A stretch of 64,000 nt of DNA, taken from the IMG/VR virus record IMGVR_UViG_3300028384_000991, positions 64,001 through 128,000 of that record; one strand, written 5' to 3'. Under the pieces are notes generated by a model. It made no database searches. It had not been told where the DNA came from and saw only the letters and a list, made by a program, of their open reading frames with translations. Of this stretch, positions 9,685-19,588 are shown piece by piece (position 1 is the first letter of the stretch; each line of letters opens with the position of its first letter). The position numbers and the translations under genes were made by a program. The DNA comes from a virus.

Positions 9685-10510
9685 ATTTTTAAATAACTGG
9701 GCAGTAGAAATTGATGATTTTGATTTAAGAACTGCAACAGCACACGAAGCAAAAGAAATAGGAAAATATATTCTTAGTAATATGGTTGTAGTGTTAAGAG
9801 GACAAGATCTCACACCAGAAGATGAAGTTGCCTTTTGTAGTAAAATAGGTAAATGTCAATTTATTATTGATCCTACAAAACCTAAAGAAGGTCAACGCAC
9901 AGAACATCTTGCAGTAGGTCATCATATTTTACGTGTTACAGGAGAAAAGAATGAAAAGGGTGAAGAAGGTTTGTTTGGACATACTTCTGCACTTGACTGG
10001 CACGCCAACCAAGCAAGTAACTATGAGCGTGATCCTTTAATTTGGTTATATGGTGTAAAAGGAACACAAGGTAGTAAGACAAGTTGGATTAATAATATTG
10101 AAAGTTATAAAGCATTGCCAGAAGATCTCAAAGAAGAAATCAAGGACATTCAGATTACACTTGGATATAAGTCGGGTAGTTACAGTCCAAGTAAGTTCTT
10201 TATCGAACATCACAGCGAGGATAAACCCTTTAACTTAGTGCATACAAATGATGCAGGATATACAGGCTTGTATTTTCCTTTCTTACAAATCTTTGGTATG
10301 AAAGGTATTGAGCAAGAGCGTTATGAATCACTTATGGAAAGACTCAAAGAAGTAGTATTACGCCCTGAGTTTTGTTATGATCATCATTGGCAAGATGGTG
10401 ATGTTGTTATTAGTGAACAGTGGTTAAGTATTCATAAACGTTGGGCATTTGATAAAATGAATGAACGTGTACTTCATAGGATAGCATTCAATTATGAAAA
10501 CTTATTATAA
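9674..10510 (+). CDS. TauD/TfdA family dioxygenase
   Basis: VVVLRGQDLT, DWHAN, HHWQDGDVVI...HKR...RVLHR. Confidence 0.85.
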   Translation: MVTKFLNNWAVEIDDFDLRTATAHEAKEIGKYILSNMVVVLRGQDLTPEDEVAFCSKIGKCQFIIDPTKPKEGQRTEHLAVGHHILRVTGEKNEKGEEGLFGHTSALDWHANQASNYERDPLIWLYGVKGTQGSKTSWINNIESYKALPEDLKEEIKDIQITLGYKSGSYSPSKFFIEHHSEDKPFNLVHTNDAGYTGLYFPFLQIFGMKGIEQERYESLMERLKEVVLRPEFCYDHHWQDGDVVISEQWLSIHKRWAFDKMNERVLHRIAFNYENLL

Positions 10511-11063
10511 ACTTTTAGAATACAGTCCAGACATGGACTTGACAGAGTTTTACAAAGAAGCCGCTGAACAAGGTTATGTAAACAATTCAAATCAAAAAAT
10601 TATGATTGATGCGTTTAACAATGAGGAACGTGCCCAGGTATGGATACTATTCAAAGAAGATAAAGCCATGGGTGCAGTTGCCGCACATACATTTCCCGAG
10701 ATGGGAGAAAACAGTTATCGCATATTAACAAGAACCTGTGCTGTAGGAGGCATGATGCATTCTGCAGGATCGATGGGTAAGATGAAACGTAATGAAGATG
10801 TTACATCACGTTTTTATGTACCTAAGATGATCGAATGGTGCGGTAAAGATAGTAATATGTATTGTACCACTAATGATTTAGAAGGCGGTTCACAACGAGC
10901 AGTACACAGAGTTTGGTTACCAATTATGTCTAAACAAGGACTGTTTACTAAAATTAAAGAAATAGATTATAGAGGTGTAAGGCAAACAGTATGGCAACTA
11001 AATCCAGATAACTTTTTACAACACCTTAAAGATAATCCTTGGGACGATCATGTTTTACTTTAA
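10494..11063 (+). CDS. GNAT-like acyltransferase
   Basis: WILF...MGAVAAH...YRILTRTC pattern; size and strand order fit a GNAT fold. Confidence 0.5.
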   Translation: MKTYYKLLEYSPDMDLTEFYKEAAEQGYVNNSNQKIMIDAFNNEERAQVWILFKEDKAMGAVAAHTFPEMGENSYRILTRTCAVGGMMHSAGSMGKMKRNEDVTSRFYVPKMIEWCGKDSNMYCTTNDLEGGSQRAVHRVWLPIMSKQGLFTKIKEIDYRGVRQTVWQLNPDNFLQHLKDNPWDDHVLL

Positions 11064-11583
11064 GCAATTTGACATTGACGAACGTATTAGCAATGAAATA
11101 AAAGATTGGGGTGTAAACAATCTACAATCAAGTAATGTTCCTTTTGTTAAATTAGATGTCAACGATTTTAAAAAGCAATGTCCTTTGTTTATGCAATGGG
11201 CAGATCAAAAACAATTAAAAATAATTCTTGCAGTTGGAATTAAAGTTACTGCTGATTATAAACAGCCTGAAGTAGCAATACCACACGTTGATCTAATGGA
11301 CGATAGTAGAAGTATTGCATTAAACTTTCCTATATCAGGTTGTGAAGGTACTTGCACTAAAATGTATAATCTAATAAAGGGTGAGCAAATTAATATTGAT
11401 TTACCAGATGGAACAACCTACTCTAAGTTTAGTGACGACAGTGAGTTTGAAGAAGTAGCAAAGTTTTATCTAACAAAGCCAACGTTCTTTAACACAAGTG
11501 TACCTCATCAACTTTTCGGAGTTGAAAAGCAAGATCGTTTAGCGTTAAGTCTTAGATTTGAAAGTAATCCAGTTTTGGATTAA
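11050..11583 (+). CDS. Putative Fe(II)/2OG oxygenase-fold protein
   Basis: PHVD...ALNFP...NTSVPH...RLALSLRF. Confidence 0.65.
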   Translation: MFYFKQFDIDERISNEIKDWGVNNLQSSNVPFVKLDVNDFKKQCPLFMQWADQKQLKIILAVGIKVTADYKQPEVAIPHVDLMDDSRSIALNFPISGCEGTCTKMYNLIKGEQINIDLPDGTTYSKFSDDSEFEEVAKFYLTKPTFFNTSVPHQLFGVEKQDRLALSLRFESNPVLD

Positions 11584-12884
11584 ACCATAGATTCCCAAGC
11601 ACTACCGTTGTAGAATACTGGGTAAGGTGTTGAACCTGCTGAACTTGCAGGATCCCAATCTGTTTTATTAGCAACAGCAATCATACCAATTACTGGAGTA
11701 CTTGGGGCCGCCGCTTGTGGCTCAAGGATCATTACACCTTCAATATCAACAGTTGCTCTTGCACTTGTTCTATTGACTGCAAGTTGACCTGCACTATCAA
11801 AGACCATACCTTTTAGGTCTGGTGAAGTATTTGTGCCTGCGTTTGTAAAGAATTCAATTTGTCCTGGTGCTTGATCGTTTGCAATAGTACCGTTTGGATC
11901 TAATCTAAAAGCAATACCTGATGATACAACTTTTGTACCACCACCAAAGTCTGGATCAAATGCAGTTGCAATTAATTCTGCAACATAAGAACCTGCTGTA
12001 CCCTTAACCTCATTGCCACCAAGTGACCCATCAAGGTTTGGTAGTCCGCCGTAGTAACCGTTGAATGCAATACCTGAAACTTGTCCAGAACCACTGCCAT
12101 TTAAACTTTGAATTCTAATTGCACTGTTGTTATCTTGGTTCCATACGTTCAGTACTGTGTTTGTTGGCTCAGTAGGATTACTAATGTTAACCAACGCAGT
12201 TGTTGAAGTTACAGTGTCGTCTGTAATTGTAATTACACCGTTGTGTAGGTATACTCTTGAATCAAGTCCATTAACAAGCATAGTTGAGTCTTCACCAAAC
12301 ACAGAACCAGTAACATCAGCACTGATACTGTTTAGTGCGCCACTTGATAAGTTAATGTCACCTGGTTTCCAATAACCAGCCGCATCGTCCCATAATAGAT
12401 ATTGTCCGTCTACCGGTGCGTTAATTCCTGCTGTTGCAACATCGCCAAAAATGTTAATGCTTTTTCCGCCAGCAGTAGCATCAAAGTCAAATGATGAAAA
12501 ACTTTCATCTGCTATTACCCAACCACCTTGACTACCGTCTGGATTGTTTAGAGTAGAGTCATATTTTAAAATTTTACCTGTAGCAACGCCTGTTGCGTCT
12601 ACGTTGTTTAGATCTTGAATATCTTGCACAACTTCTAATGTTTGTGCGTCCCATTGAGTACCTGTCCAAGTTAGCAATTGATTTGTTGCAGGAGCAATAG
12701 AAGTGTTTACATCAGTTAAATTACCAATGCTTAAATCCGGATTAATTATTCTGCCTGTTGCAGTTGTACCATCACCGATATACAGTTTACCTGTATCTGT
12801 TACATATATTGGTTCACCAGTTGCAGATACACCTGTTAGTGCTTGTAATTCTGCGTCGGTTCCTCTTCTAATCCTAAGTGCCAT
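11580..12884 (-). CDS. Tail fibre / virion receptor-binding protein
   Basis: MALRIRRGT...GEPIYVTDTGKLYIGDG N-terminal domain; three xxDV...GxxLxW/YD..W repeats; Gly/Thr/Asn-rich. Confidence 0.75.
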   Translation of the reverse strand: MALRIRRGTDAELQALTGVSATGEPIYVTDTGKLYIGDGTTATGRIINPDLSIGNLTDVNTSIAPATNQLLTWTGTQWDAQTLEVVQDIQDLNNVDATGVATGKILKYDSTLNNPDGSQGGWVIADESFSSFDFDATAGGKSINIFGDVATAGINAPVDGQYLLWDDAAGYWKPGDINLSSGALNSISADVTGSVFGEDSTMLVNGLDSRVYLHNGVITITDDTVTSTTALVNISNPTEPTNTVLNVWNQDNNSAIRIQSLNGSGSGQVSGIAFNGYYGGLPNLDGSLGGNEVKGTAGSYVAELIATAFDPDFGGGTKVVSSGIAFRLDPNGTIANDQAPGQIEFFTNAGTNTSPDLKGMVFDSAGQLAVNRTSARATVDIEGVMILEPQAAAPSTPVIGMIAVANKTDWDPASSAGSTPYPVFYNGSAWESMV

Positions 12885-12953
12885 ACTTGTTAACTCCCGA
12901 AGTCTTTATTGCTATATGTATTTATTCTTTTTGACTTCTTTTAATAATATACA

Positions 12954-13271
12954 TTATTTACGTATTTTGGCGTTTTTGAACACCTTTTGCGTACCCTTCT
13001 GTATATCTTCTTTTAGTTTACGTGTATCAATTGCAAAGTCAACACCACGTATATCCGGGCCGTATTGCTCGAATAAATCCCTAATTTCCTTCTCAAATTT
13101 CTTCTGAGAGAGAACAGGATTACATTCAATAATCCATTTTTTCCTGTTCTTAAAGACGACTTCAATGTGCTGAAGGTATTCAAGAGGTATAGTTTTTACT
13201 TCTATATTCTTGAATACTTCAGGCCAATGTCTGATTACGTCTTCAGGGAGTTTGAGCCTCTTGCCCCCCAT
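12954..13271 (-). CDS. Hypothetical phage protein
   Basis: 105-aa ORF in operon. Confidence 0.7.
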   Translation of the reverse strand: MGGKRLKLPEDVIRHWPEVFKNIEVKTIPLEYLQHIEVVFKNRKKWIIECNPVLSQKKFEKEIRDLFEQYGPDIRGVDFAIDTRKLKEDIQKGTQKVFKNAKIRK

Positions 13272-13277
13272 TCTAAG

Positions 13278-13883
13278 TTAAGCCTTGGCTTTTTTCTTAG
13301 TGGGTACAAGTTCCTCTGCTTGACGTCTTAACTGCGCCGCTTCTTTGCTTAATCTATCTGCTTGTGAACGATAAGATTTAGCAAGATCTTCATCTGAAAG
13401 AACGTCTTCCTGTGCAGGAGCCGCTACTGGTTCATTTGAAGGTGCAGTTACAGTGTCAGTTGCAGGAACTGTTTCAGCAGTTGCTACTGGCTGTGTGTCT
13501 TCCTTAATTGCAAGATCTTCAATTGCCACACCTTTTTGATCAGCGATGATTTTGTTTAATTCATCTAACTGAATAGTTGTGTTAGTATCAGGCGTCATAA
13601 TAACATCTGACGTAGGTACTTTTTGCAATTTACCTTGTGCATGAAAACGTGCCAACATAACACTACCGTCTGAAAGACGTGTACGTGCCATTGCTTCTGC
13701 TAACTCATACGCATTCTGTCCAGAGTTTGAATCTACTAATTGCATTAAGATATCATGATCTGAATCAGTTAAGTTTTCAGTTGATACTACTAATGCACTA
13801 TTAGCATCACCTGGAAGAGTTCTGTATGCAACAGCAACTTTTCTTTTGTTGGTCTTCATTCTACCAATGTGTTTAATAGCCAT
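13278..13883 (-). CDS. Hypothetical phage protein with C-terminal coiled coil
   Basis: 201-aa ORF, TAATG coupling. Confidence 0.75.
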   Translation of the reverse strand: MAIKHIGRMKTNKRKVAVAYRTLPGDANSALVVSTENLTDSDHDILMQLVDSNSGQNAYELAEAMARTRLSDGSVMLARFHAQGKLQKVPTSDVIMTPDTNTTIQLDELNKIIADQKGVAIEDLAIKEDTQPVATAETVPATDTVTAPSNEPVAAPAQEDVLSDEDLAKSYRSQADRLSKEAAQLRRQAEELVPTKKKAKA

Positions 13884-14209
13884 TATTTTGTCTCCGGTGC
13901 AGGCTCACCTGATAATGCCGCAGACGCATCTGCTCCACTTACCGGTGCCGCTGTTGGTGCCGCTGGTGCTTCACCTTCTTTTGCTTTTGCGGCGTCAGCC
14001 TGTTGTTTTTGAACCTGCTGTAAGAATGTATCTAACTTATTATAAGTTGTACCTACAGCCGCCAATTCGTTTGCTTTAAATGCGCCACGTTGTGTAGCAA
14101 CATCAATTACAGTTCTTAGTGTGTTAAGATCCTGAACTGTCAATTCAACATTTCCGCCTTGTGCAGGTGCTTGACCTGGAGCCGGTTGTTGTGTATTTGT
14201 ATCAGACAT
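13883..14209 (-). CDS. Hypothetical phage protein
   Basis: 108-aa ORF with AGGAG SD. Confidence 0.75.
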   Translation of the reverse strand: MSDTNTQQPAPGQAPAQGGNVELTVQDLNTLRTVIDVATQRGAFKANELAAVGTTYNKLDTFLQQVQKQQADAAKAKEGEAPAAPTAAPVSGADASAALSGEPAPETK

Positions 14210-14252
14210 ATGTCATTCTCCTTGTTTATTAGTAATATGCATACTTAATTAC

Positions 14253-14528
14253 TTATTTGTATTTTAAAAGTGGACACGCCAAAGCGAAATATGAAAGTTC
14301 TTTTGGGTTCTCAAAACCTATCTTTACCTTGGTTTGCAGACTATTATTGTTATCAAACCCAACTGATCGTCCAATATAATATCTACTTTTACAGTTGTTT
14401 TCGATCCAAGTAATGATTGCTTTGTCCAAATTATAGCCTTGAGACAATTCCATATACTCTAAATGAGGTCCTGGATAATCTAATTTTCGTATGCTAAAAA
14501 AGTTAAGCGGATTTGGTTTCATTTTCAT
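14253..14528 (-). CDS. Hypothetical phage protein
   Basis: ORF overlapping end of VWA gene; likely start ATG 14528. Confidence 0.65.
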   Translation of the reverse strand: MKMKPNPLNFFSIRKLDYPGPHLEYMELSQGYNLDKAIITWIENNCKSRYYIGRSVGFDNNNSLQTKVKIGFENPKELSYFALACPLLKYK

Positions 14529-15777
14529 AGTGTGTTGTAATTCCAAATGGTGCTTCTAATTCTTTGTTATGGTGACTGTGAATTACAAAGATTGTATCAC
14601 AGTAATCAGCATCACCCCAACTATCCCAAGTATAGCCATCTGTAAACATAATGAATTTCTTAGGAACAATATCATTGTCCTTCATGTATCTCCAATTAGC
14701 GTCAAAGTCAGTACCACCACCACCTTGTACTTCATAAGATAGTAGATCATCATTTGCCGCATCAAAATCTTGCTCGTTATAAACTTCTGTATCAAAACAC
14801 CAAATTTTAATTTGATAATCTTGATATTGATCCATAATGCTTTTAACTTCACTTAAGAATACTTGTGCCTGTTCGTTACTGATCGAACCACTCATATCAA
14901 TTGCAATACATAGATCAATTGTGTCTTGAAAGTTTAGTCCTGGAAGAATAGCACCAGTGTGCCAACCTTTACGTGAAGGACGACTAAAAGTAAAATCATT
15001 TTTAATAGTTGATTGAATCTGTTGCTGAAGAAGTTCTCTCCAGTTCATTTTAGGTTCAGTCAACTCTTTAATCATACGTTGAATTTCTTTAGGAAGATTG
15101 CCAGCACCTGTTGATTGTGCAGATGATATCATAGATTCTTTAATTTCGTCACGAATTTTACGCAACTCTTCTTTGCTATATGAAGGCTTGTCACCTTGTT
15201 TCTTTTGTTTTTTGCCACCACCATTGCTTTGGTCGTCACCATCTTTATCCCAATCAATATGTTCGTCAAGAAGTTGACCAAGTTGTTTCAATTCTTCTTC
15301 GTCATATTTGCTGAAGATTTCATCATATACTTCTTCTGAAGTCCAGCCATCATATTTAAAGTCTTGAAAGATTGGAATGTCTTTAGGCTTGTCGCCAATT
15401 TTATCACGTACAAGAATATTATTTACAATGTAGTCAGCGGCAATGTTATGAATCTGCGGATCACGTTTTTCTCTACGTGTCATATGATCATATACGCAGT
15501 GTAGAATTTCATGTGCAATAACAAACTCAACTTCTTTGTTTGTCATATTAGCAAAGAAAGGAACACTATAGAACAAGTGTCTGCCGTCAGTAGCGGCTGT
15601 TGGACACCAATCACTTGCTTCAACAACTTTAAGACGTGTAGCCATGTTGCCAAAGAAAGGGTGACGCATAAGCAGACCAACACGAGCAACGATAATTTTA
15701 TCTAAAACTTCTTTACGAAGTTCATCAGTTACTTCAATATCTGGTGTTTCTACTGCTTCTGTTGTTGCTACTGTCAT
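14503..15777 (-). CDS. DUF2201-type metallopeptidase + VWA domain protein
   Basis: TAATDG, HEILH (HExxH), DMSGS MIDAS, GGGGTDF, FTDG. Confidence 0.85.
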   Translation of the reverse strand: MTVATTEAVETPDIEVTDELRKEVLDKIIVARVGLLMRHPFFGNMATRLKVVEASDWCPTAATDGRHLFYSVPFFANMTNKEVEFVIAHEILHCVYDHMTRREKRDPQIHNIAADYIVNNILVRDKIGDKPKDIPIFQDFKYDGWTSEEVYDEIFSKYDEEELKQLGQLLDEHIDWDKDGDDQSNGGGKKQKKQGDKPSYSKEELRKIRDEIKESMISSAQSTGAGNLPKEIQRMIKELTEPKMNWRELLQQQIQSTIKNDFTFSRPSRKGWHTGAILPGLNFQDTIDLCIAIDMSGSISNEQAQVFLSEVKSIMDQYQDYQIKIWCFDTEVYNEQDFDAANDDLLSYEVQGGGGTDFDANWRYMKDNDIVPKKFIMFTDGYTWDSWGDADYCDTIFVIHSHHNKELEAPFGITTHYENETKSA

Positions 15778-15809
15778 GCCATGTTCTCCTTGTGCCTTAT
15801 TATTTTACT

Positions 15810-15838
15810 ATTATAGTATATTTAACGGTAAATGTCAA
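15810..15838 (-). promoter_or_regulatory. Sigma70-type promoter for the VWA gene
   Basis: TTGACA-17 nt-TATAAT. Confidence 0.85.
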
Positions 15839-15840
15839 CC

Positions 15841-15876
15841 AAAAAAGAATGGGTAGGACACCAAAATGCCCTACCC
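15841..15876 (-). terminator. Rho-independent terminator after the AAA+ ATPase
   Basis: GGGTAGGGCA/TGTCCTACCC stem followed by ATTCTTTTTT. Confidence 0.75.
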
Positions 15877-15882
15877 AAAATG

Positions 15883-16968
15883 TTATGATGCCTGTGCGGC
15901 AGTAACATATTTCCCATAACGTTCATGGAATTCATCAAAACACTCAACTTCATCTGGATCGATTGGAAGTTCGTATTGTGTAAGAGCAAGTTTAATACCC
16001 ATTACAACCAACTCAGTGTCAAAATTATCCATTGCAAAACGTAGGAAGTTATTAACTTTATCGTCGAACTTCTTATCGTTTTTGTCACAGGATTCTTTAA
16101 GTTCATAGCAGAGTGAGACAGTCAAGGAATACATGGCACTGATTTCTTTTGTCTTCAACTCTTTAACCTTACCATCCAAGATTTCCGAAGGGTTCGGAAG
16201 TTGGGATGCCATCTTACGATGGGCCATGAACTTAACAGCAAGGCCTTCGCCTACTGCACCACTAACCAAATCAGTAGTGGTATTCTCGTCATCATCGTCT
16301 TCTAACAGTTCGGACACAAATGACCAAGAACGCGGTGTTGCAAATGAACGACTTGGACTTTTAGGATCAAAGTCATACAAGTCTTTCTTTGCAAATGTCA
16401 AGTAACCCACAACATCTGTATGGATCTTGTTTTCAGTTGCCCAAGAAAACCAATCGTCAAAATCTACTTTAAGTTCTAAGTGAACAAAACGATTAGCCAA
16501 TGGAGCAGGCATTCTGTATGTAACACCTTTGTCAGCGTCACGGTTACCAGCGGCAACAATCAAAACGTTGTCTGGCAATACATATTGACCAACCTTACGG
16601 TTAAGGATCAACTGATATGCCGCGGCTTGTACAGCCGGCGCCGCAGAATTCATTTCATCAAGAAACAGAATAATCTTCTTATGTTTCTTTGCCATTTCGG
16701 CAGTTGGTAGTTCTGCTGGTGGTGCCCATTTCATGCAGTTATCGTTAGCCGCATAATATGGAATACCTTTAATGTCTGTGGGTTCCCACAGTGACAAACG
16801 AACGTCAATTACAAGTGCGTCCAATTGTTCACCAATTTGATGAATAATATCAGACTTACCAATACCTGGTGCTCCCCAAATAAAGATAGGACGTTGTTTG
16901 TTAAATGCACGAAGAATGCTTTTCTTCGCGTTGTTTGGACTAATAGTCCGAGTTGCAATGTTTTCCAT
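15883..16968 (-). CDS. MoxR/dynein-related AAA+ ATPase
   Basis: GAPGIGKS Walker A, LFLDE Walker B, AAGN, LANRF. Confidence 0.9.
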   Translation of the reverse strand: MENIATRTISPNNAKKSILRAFNKQRPIFIWGAPGIGKSDIIHQIGEQLDALVIDVRLSLWEPTDIKGIPYYAANDNCMKWAPPAELPTAEMAKKHKKIILFLDEMNSAAPAVQAAAYQLILNRKVGQYVLPDNVLIVAAGNRDADKGVTYRMPAPLANRFVHLELKVDFDDWFSWATENKIHTDVVGYLTFAKKDLYDFDPKSPSRSFATPRSWSFVSELLEDDDDENTTTDLVSGAVGEGLAVKFMAHRKMASQLPNPSEILDGKVKELKTKEISAMYSLTVSLCYELKESCDKNDKKFDDKVNNFLRFAMDNFDTELVVMGIKLALTQYELPIDPDEVECFDEFHERYGKYVTAAQAS

Positions 16969-17018
16969 TTTGTACTCCTTGTGTTTCAGTGCCTTACTTA
17001 ATTTCTAAGTATGTATAT

Positions 17019-17047
17019 ATAATACACTCACAGTACCAAAAGGTCAA
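17019..17047 (-). promoter_or_regulatory. Sigma70-type promoter with upstream A-tracts
   Basis: TTGACC-17 nt-TATTAT; A-tracts at about 17050-17068 (UP-element-like). Confidence 0.7.
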
Positions 17048-17099
17048 GTGTTTTTTTAATTTTTTTTTGGATTTTGGTTAAACTAAAATGTCAATAAAA

Positions 17100-17495
17100 T
17101 CAAGGGGTTAGTTCTTCGTCGGCTCTTTTTAGTGCTTTAGTTAGGCCATATTTTTTGACATCACCACTAAAAAGATGCAGTTCGAGTGCTTTCTTTTCGT
17201 CAAGAACTATGATCATTTTGTTTGTCAGATAGTACGGGCAAGTAATAAATCTATCTAACCAAATTACAGTATTTGTTGTAAGTTCAAAGTCTGGGGGAAA
17301 TGGTACTTCGTAGTATTGTAAATCTAATTTTTCTGTAACGAATGTAAAGCCAGCATCAGTTAAACGCAATCCTCCAGTATCCTTTGCTCTTGTGTTTTGC
17401 CACCATGTTGGCATATACTGTTTAATGGTTGCTTCTGTTATACTGATGTCTGCTTGTTTAAGAAATACTTTAGTGTAAGTTTCTTTCCAGTTCAC
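17100..17495 (-). CDS. Hypothetical phage protein
   Basis: 131-aa ORF, GTG start overlapping upstream stop. Confidence 0.75.
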   Translation of the reverse strand: MNWKETYTKVFLKQADISITEATIKQYMPTWWQNTRAKDTGGLRLTDAGFTFVTEKLDLQYYEVPFPPDFELTTNTVIWLDRFITCPYYLTNKMIIVLDEKKALELHLFSGDVKKYGLTKALKRADEELTP

Positions 17496-17920
17496 TTTAC
17501 CTTGCCTTCACGTAGAAGTTTTTCTCTGTTAGCCATATGCTTCATTTGTATTTCTTCTTTGCTACCACCAAAGTATGCAACAGCATGACCTTCTGAAACC
17601 ATGATGTCTGTAAGTCTATCTTCATCAATTAAAAAGTCTCCTAAGATACGTCCGAACTTGCCTTTCTTATCTTCTCCACTTTTATCAATTTCTGTTTTAA
17701 GTACTTGCATACTTCCTACTGGCATTTTTTCTTTTACAAAAGCCTTTGCCGCTAATCCAAATTTCTTTTCTACTTTATCTCGCGTTCTTGATTCAGGGGT
17801 ATCAATCCCCATCATTCTAACTCTTTCTTTCTTAAGCCATACTCCGAAACCTAAATCAATATCAACGTCTACTGTATCGCCATCGACTACACGTAAAATT
17901 TTACACTTGTATTCGTACAT
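17492..17920 (-). CDS. Thermonuclease (SNase) family nuclease
   Basis: RVVDGDTVD, RVRMMGIDTPE, GKFGRILG. Confidence 0.9.
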   Translation of the reverse strand: MYEYKCKILRVVDGDTVDVDIDLGFGVWLKKERVRMMGIDTPESRTRDKVEKKFGLAAKAFVKEKMPVGSMQVLKTEIDKSGEDKKGKFGRILGDFLIDEDRLTDIMVSEGHAVAYFGGSKEEIQMKHMANREKLLREGKVK

Positions 17921-17924
17921 CTGC

Positions 17925-18215
17925 TTATCCCTCTGTTACTATTTCGCCCTTGTCTAACTTAACAACATTAAATTCTTCTGTGTTGAATAATGTGTTTAAT
18001 TTTTTAGCAAGATTGTGTGCGTGTCCTGGATTTGAAAAAGATACTTTTTTGTACTTAGGTCCAGGGAAACTTGATAGAGAATTTTGAGTTTTCAAGTTAA
18101 ATGGCTTGCCTTGATAAAATACTGCCCATATTGCTTCAGCCGCAAGGATCTGATCAGACTTGTAAGTCTTTTTGTCAACATACTCTAACAGTATTTTCGG
18201 TTTAGGTCTACTCAT
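17925..18215 (-). CDS. Hypothetical phage protein
   Basis: 96-aa ORF with GAGG SD; TAAATA at 18249-18254. Confidence 0.75.
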   Translation of the reverse strand: MSRPKPKILLEYVDKKTYKSDQILAAEAIWAVFYQGKPFNLKTQNSLSSFPGPKYKKVSFSNPGHAHNLAKKLNTLFNTEEFNVVKLDKGEIVTEG

Positions 18216-18256
18216 TATATACGTGTCCTCAATAATAAACTACGTATATATTTATC

Positions 18257-18874
18257 TTATTTTTCAGTAATTGTTATATTAAAAGCAGTAGTTATTCTTG
18301 GAACTACGCTCTTTTGTATAGGAATACTATGGTTTAGATAAGGGGGAAAGAATATAATATCGCCTTCTTGTGCGTCAGCAATTATAACTTCTTTAGGGTG
18401 TTTTGCAGGCAATTTATGTGTTATAGGGGTAGGTTGTGTGCTTCTAATACCGTCTTGTGCAGGGTTATAGAATACTGTGGGTTCATGCTCTTGCGGATCG
18501 TATTTTACGTAGTGTACGGCGCATATTTGTATAGTACGAGGACTGGATAAATGATTGTGTATTTCTCCCCAACCACCTTTGCCTGTAACATTATACCAAG
18601 CATCAATACCAACGTTCCAGTCTTCGTGTTCGGTATCAAACCCATAAAACTGCATAAACTCGTTTATAGGAGTTTCGTATTTAGGTAGTAGTTCTTGCCA
18701 GTCTACTTGTTTTGCACCTGGAAAGAAATCGCTATACACATTACAAAAATCACAATTAGGACCGTTATTTAAAAAGTCTTGTTGTACATTGTAAGTTAGA
18801 AAACTTTTTATATCTTCTTGTGCAGGAACTTTTGTTTTATAGATATCTGTTTGGAATAGTGTTTGGATTTGCAT
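18257..18874 (-). CDS. Fe(II)/2OG oxygenase (TIGR02466-like)
   Basis: HNH...EGDIIFFPPYLNHS...RITTAFN. Confidence 0.8.
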   Translation of the reverse strand: MQIQTLFQTDIYKTKVPAQEDIKSFLTYNVQQDFLNNGPNCDFCNVYSDFFPGAKQVDWQELLPKYETPINEFMQFYGFDTEHEDWNVGIDAWYNVTGKGGWGEIHNHLSSPRTIQICAVHYVKYDPQEHEPTVFYNPAQDGIRSTQPTPITHKLPAKHPKEVIIADAQEGDIIFFPPYLNHSIPIQKSVVPRITTAFNITITEK

Positions 18875-19125
18875 TATTCTTTGAAGCCGCCGCCATCCAT
18901 CTCGACGTTAATTACTTCTTGTTCTGCCTTGACAGCATTTTCTTTTACAAATTTTTCTAAGTCGCCGTGTAGTCTTGCACTTACTTGTCCTAAAGTCAAT
19001 GCAAGATTCTTGGCTTGTTGAATTGGCAATCTAATTTCTTTTACATTAGATGTATCAGCAGATTTTACCTGTTGAATAAAAGTTTCAATAGGTGATGTAT
19101 TAATCGGCTCTTTTGTCATCTGCAT
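18874..19125 (-). CDS. Hypothetical phage protein
   Basis: Coupled ORF ending MDGGGF. Confidence 0.7.
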   Translation of the reverse strand: MQMTKEPINTSPIETFIQQVKSADTSNVKEIRLPIQQAKNLALTLGQVSARLHGDLEKFVKENAVKAEQEVINVEMDGGGFKE

Positions 19126-19588
19126 TTGCCTTTGATAGTTCTGAACGCATTGTCAACTCGTCCTTGAAAGGACCTTTAGATGTATAGCCTTCAATAGTAA
19201 CAAGTTTAGGACAGAAACTGCGTACCCAACCTTTTTCAAATCTAATAATGTAGTAACCTGCACAATACAGGCTTTTAGACTTTTTGCTTTTTGTAAACAA
19301 AGGAAGTTTACGTTTTACATCATACATTGAATTGTGCGGTACACAAGATGTTCTAAAACCATGAACTTCTTTATCAGTAGTAGTTTCAGTTTTTGCATCT
19401 TTGATACCCCACTCGATATCAACGTCTTTTGTTAATTGTTTTTCGCTTTCGTAAAATTTTGTGTGTGTATTGCAACAATACATATATGACTTATCTTCTT
19501 GTTTAGACAAAGTTCCTATACGTTCGCCGTCCTCTTCTACAATCCAAAATTTTCCTGCTACGATTGGGTTTGCTTTAATTTTCGTCAT
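19100..19588 (-). CDS. Hypothetical phage protein
   Basis: 162-aa ORF, GGAG SD. Confidence 0.75.
   Translation of the reverse strand: MTKIKANPIVAGKFWIVEEDGERIGTLSKQEDKSYMYCCNTHTKFYESEKQLTKDVDIEWGIKDAKTETTTDKEVHGFRTSCVPHNSMYDVKRKLPLFTKSKKSKSLYCAGYYIIRFEKGWVRSFCPKLVTIEGYTSKGPFKDELTMRSELSKANADDKRAD

Noticed and set aside
11580-12884. Diversity-generating retroelement suggested by the Mtd-like N-terminus of the fibre
   Set aside because: No reverse transcriptase and no template/variable repeat pair in the window
12931-12960. Possible plus-strand promoter TTGACT in the gap after the tail fibre
   Set aside because: No good -10 at 16-18 nt spacing and no sense gene downstream
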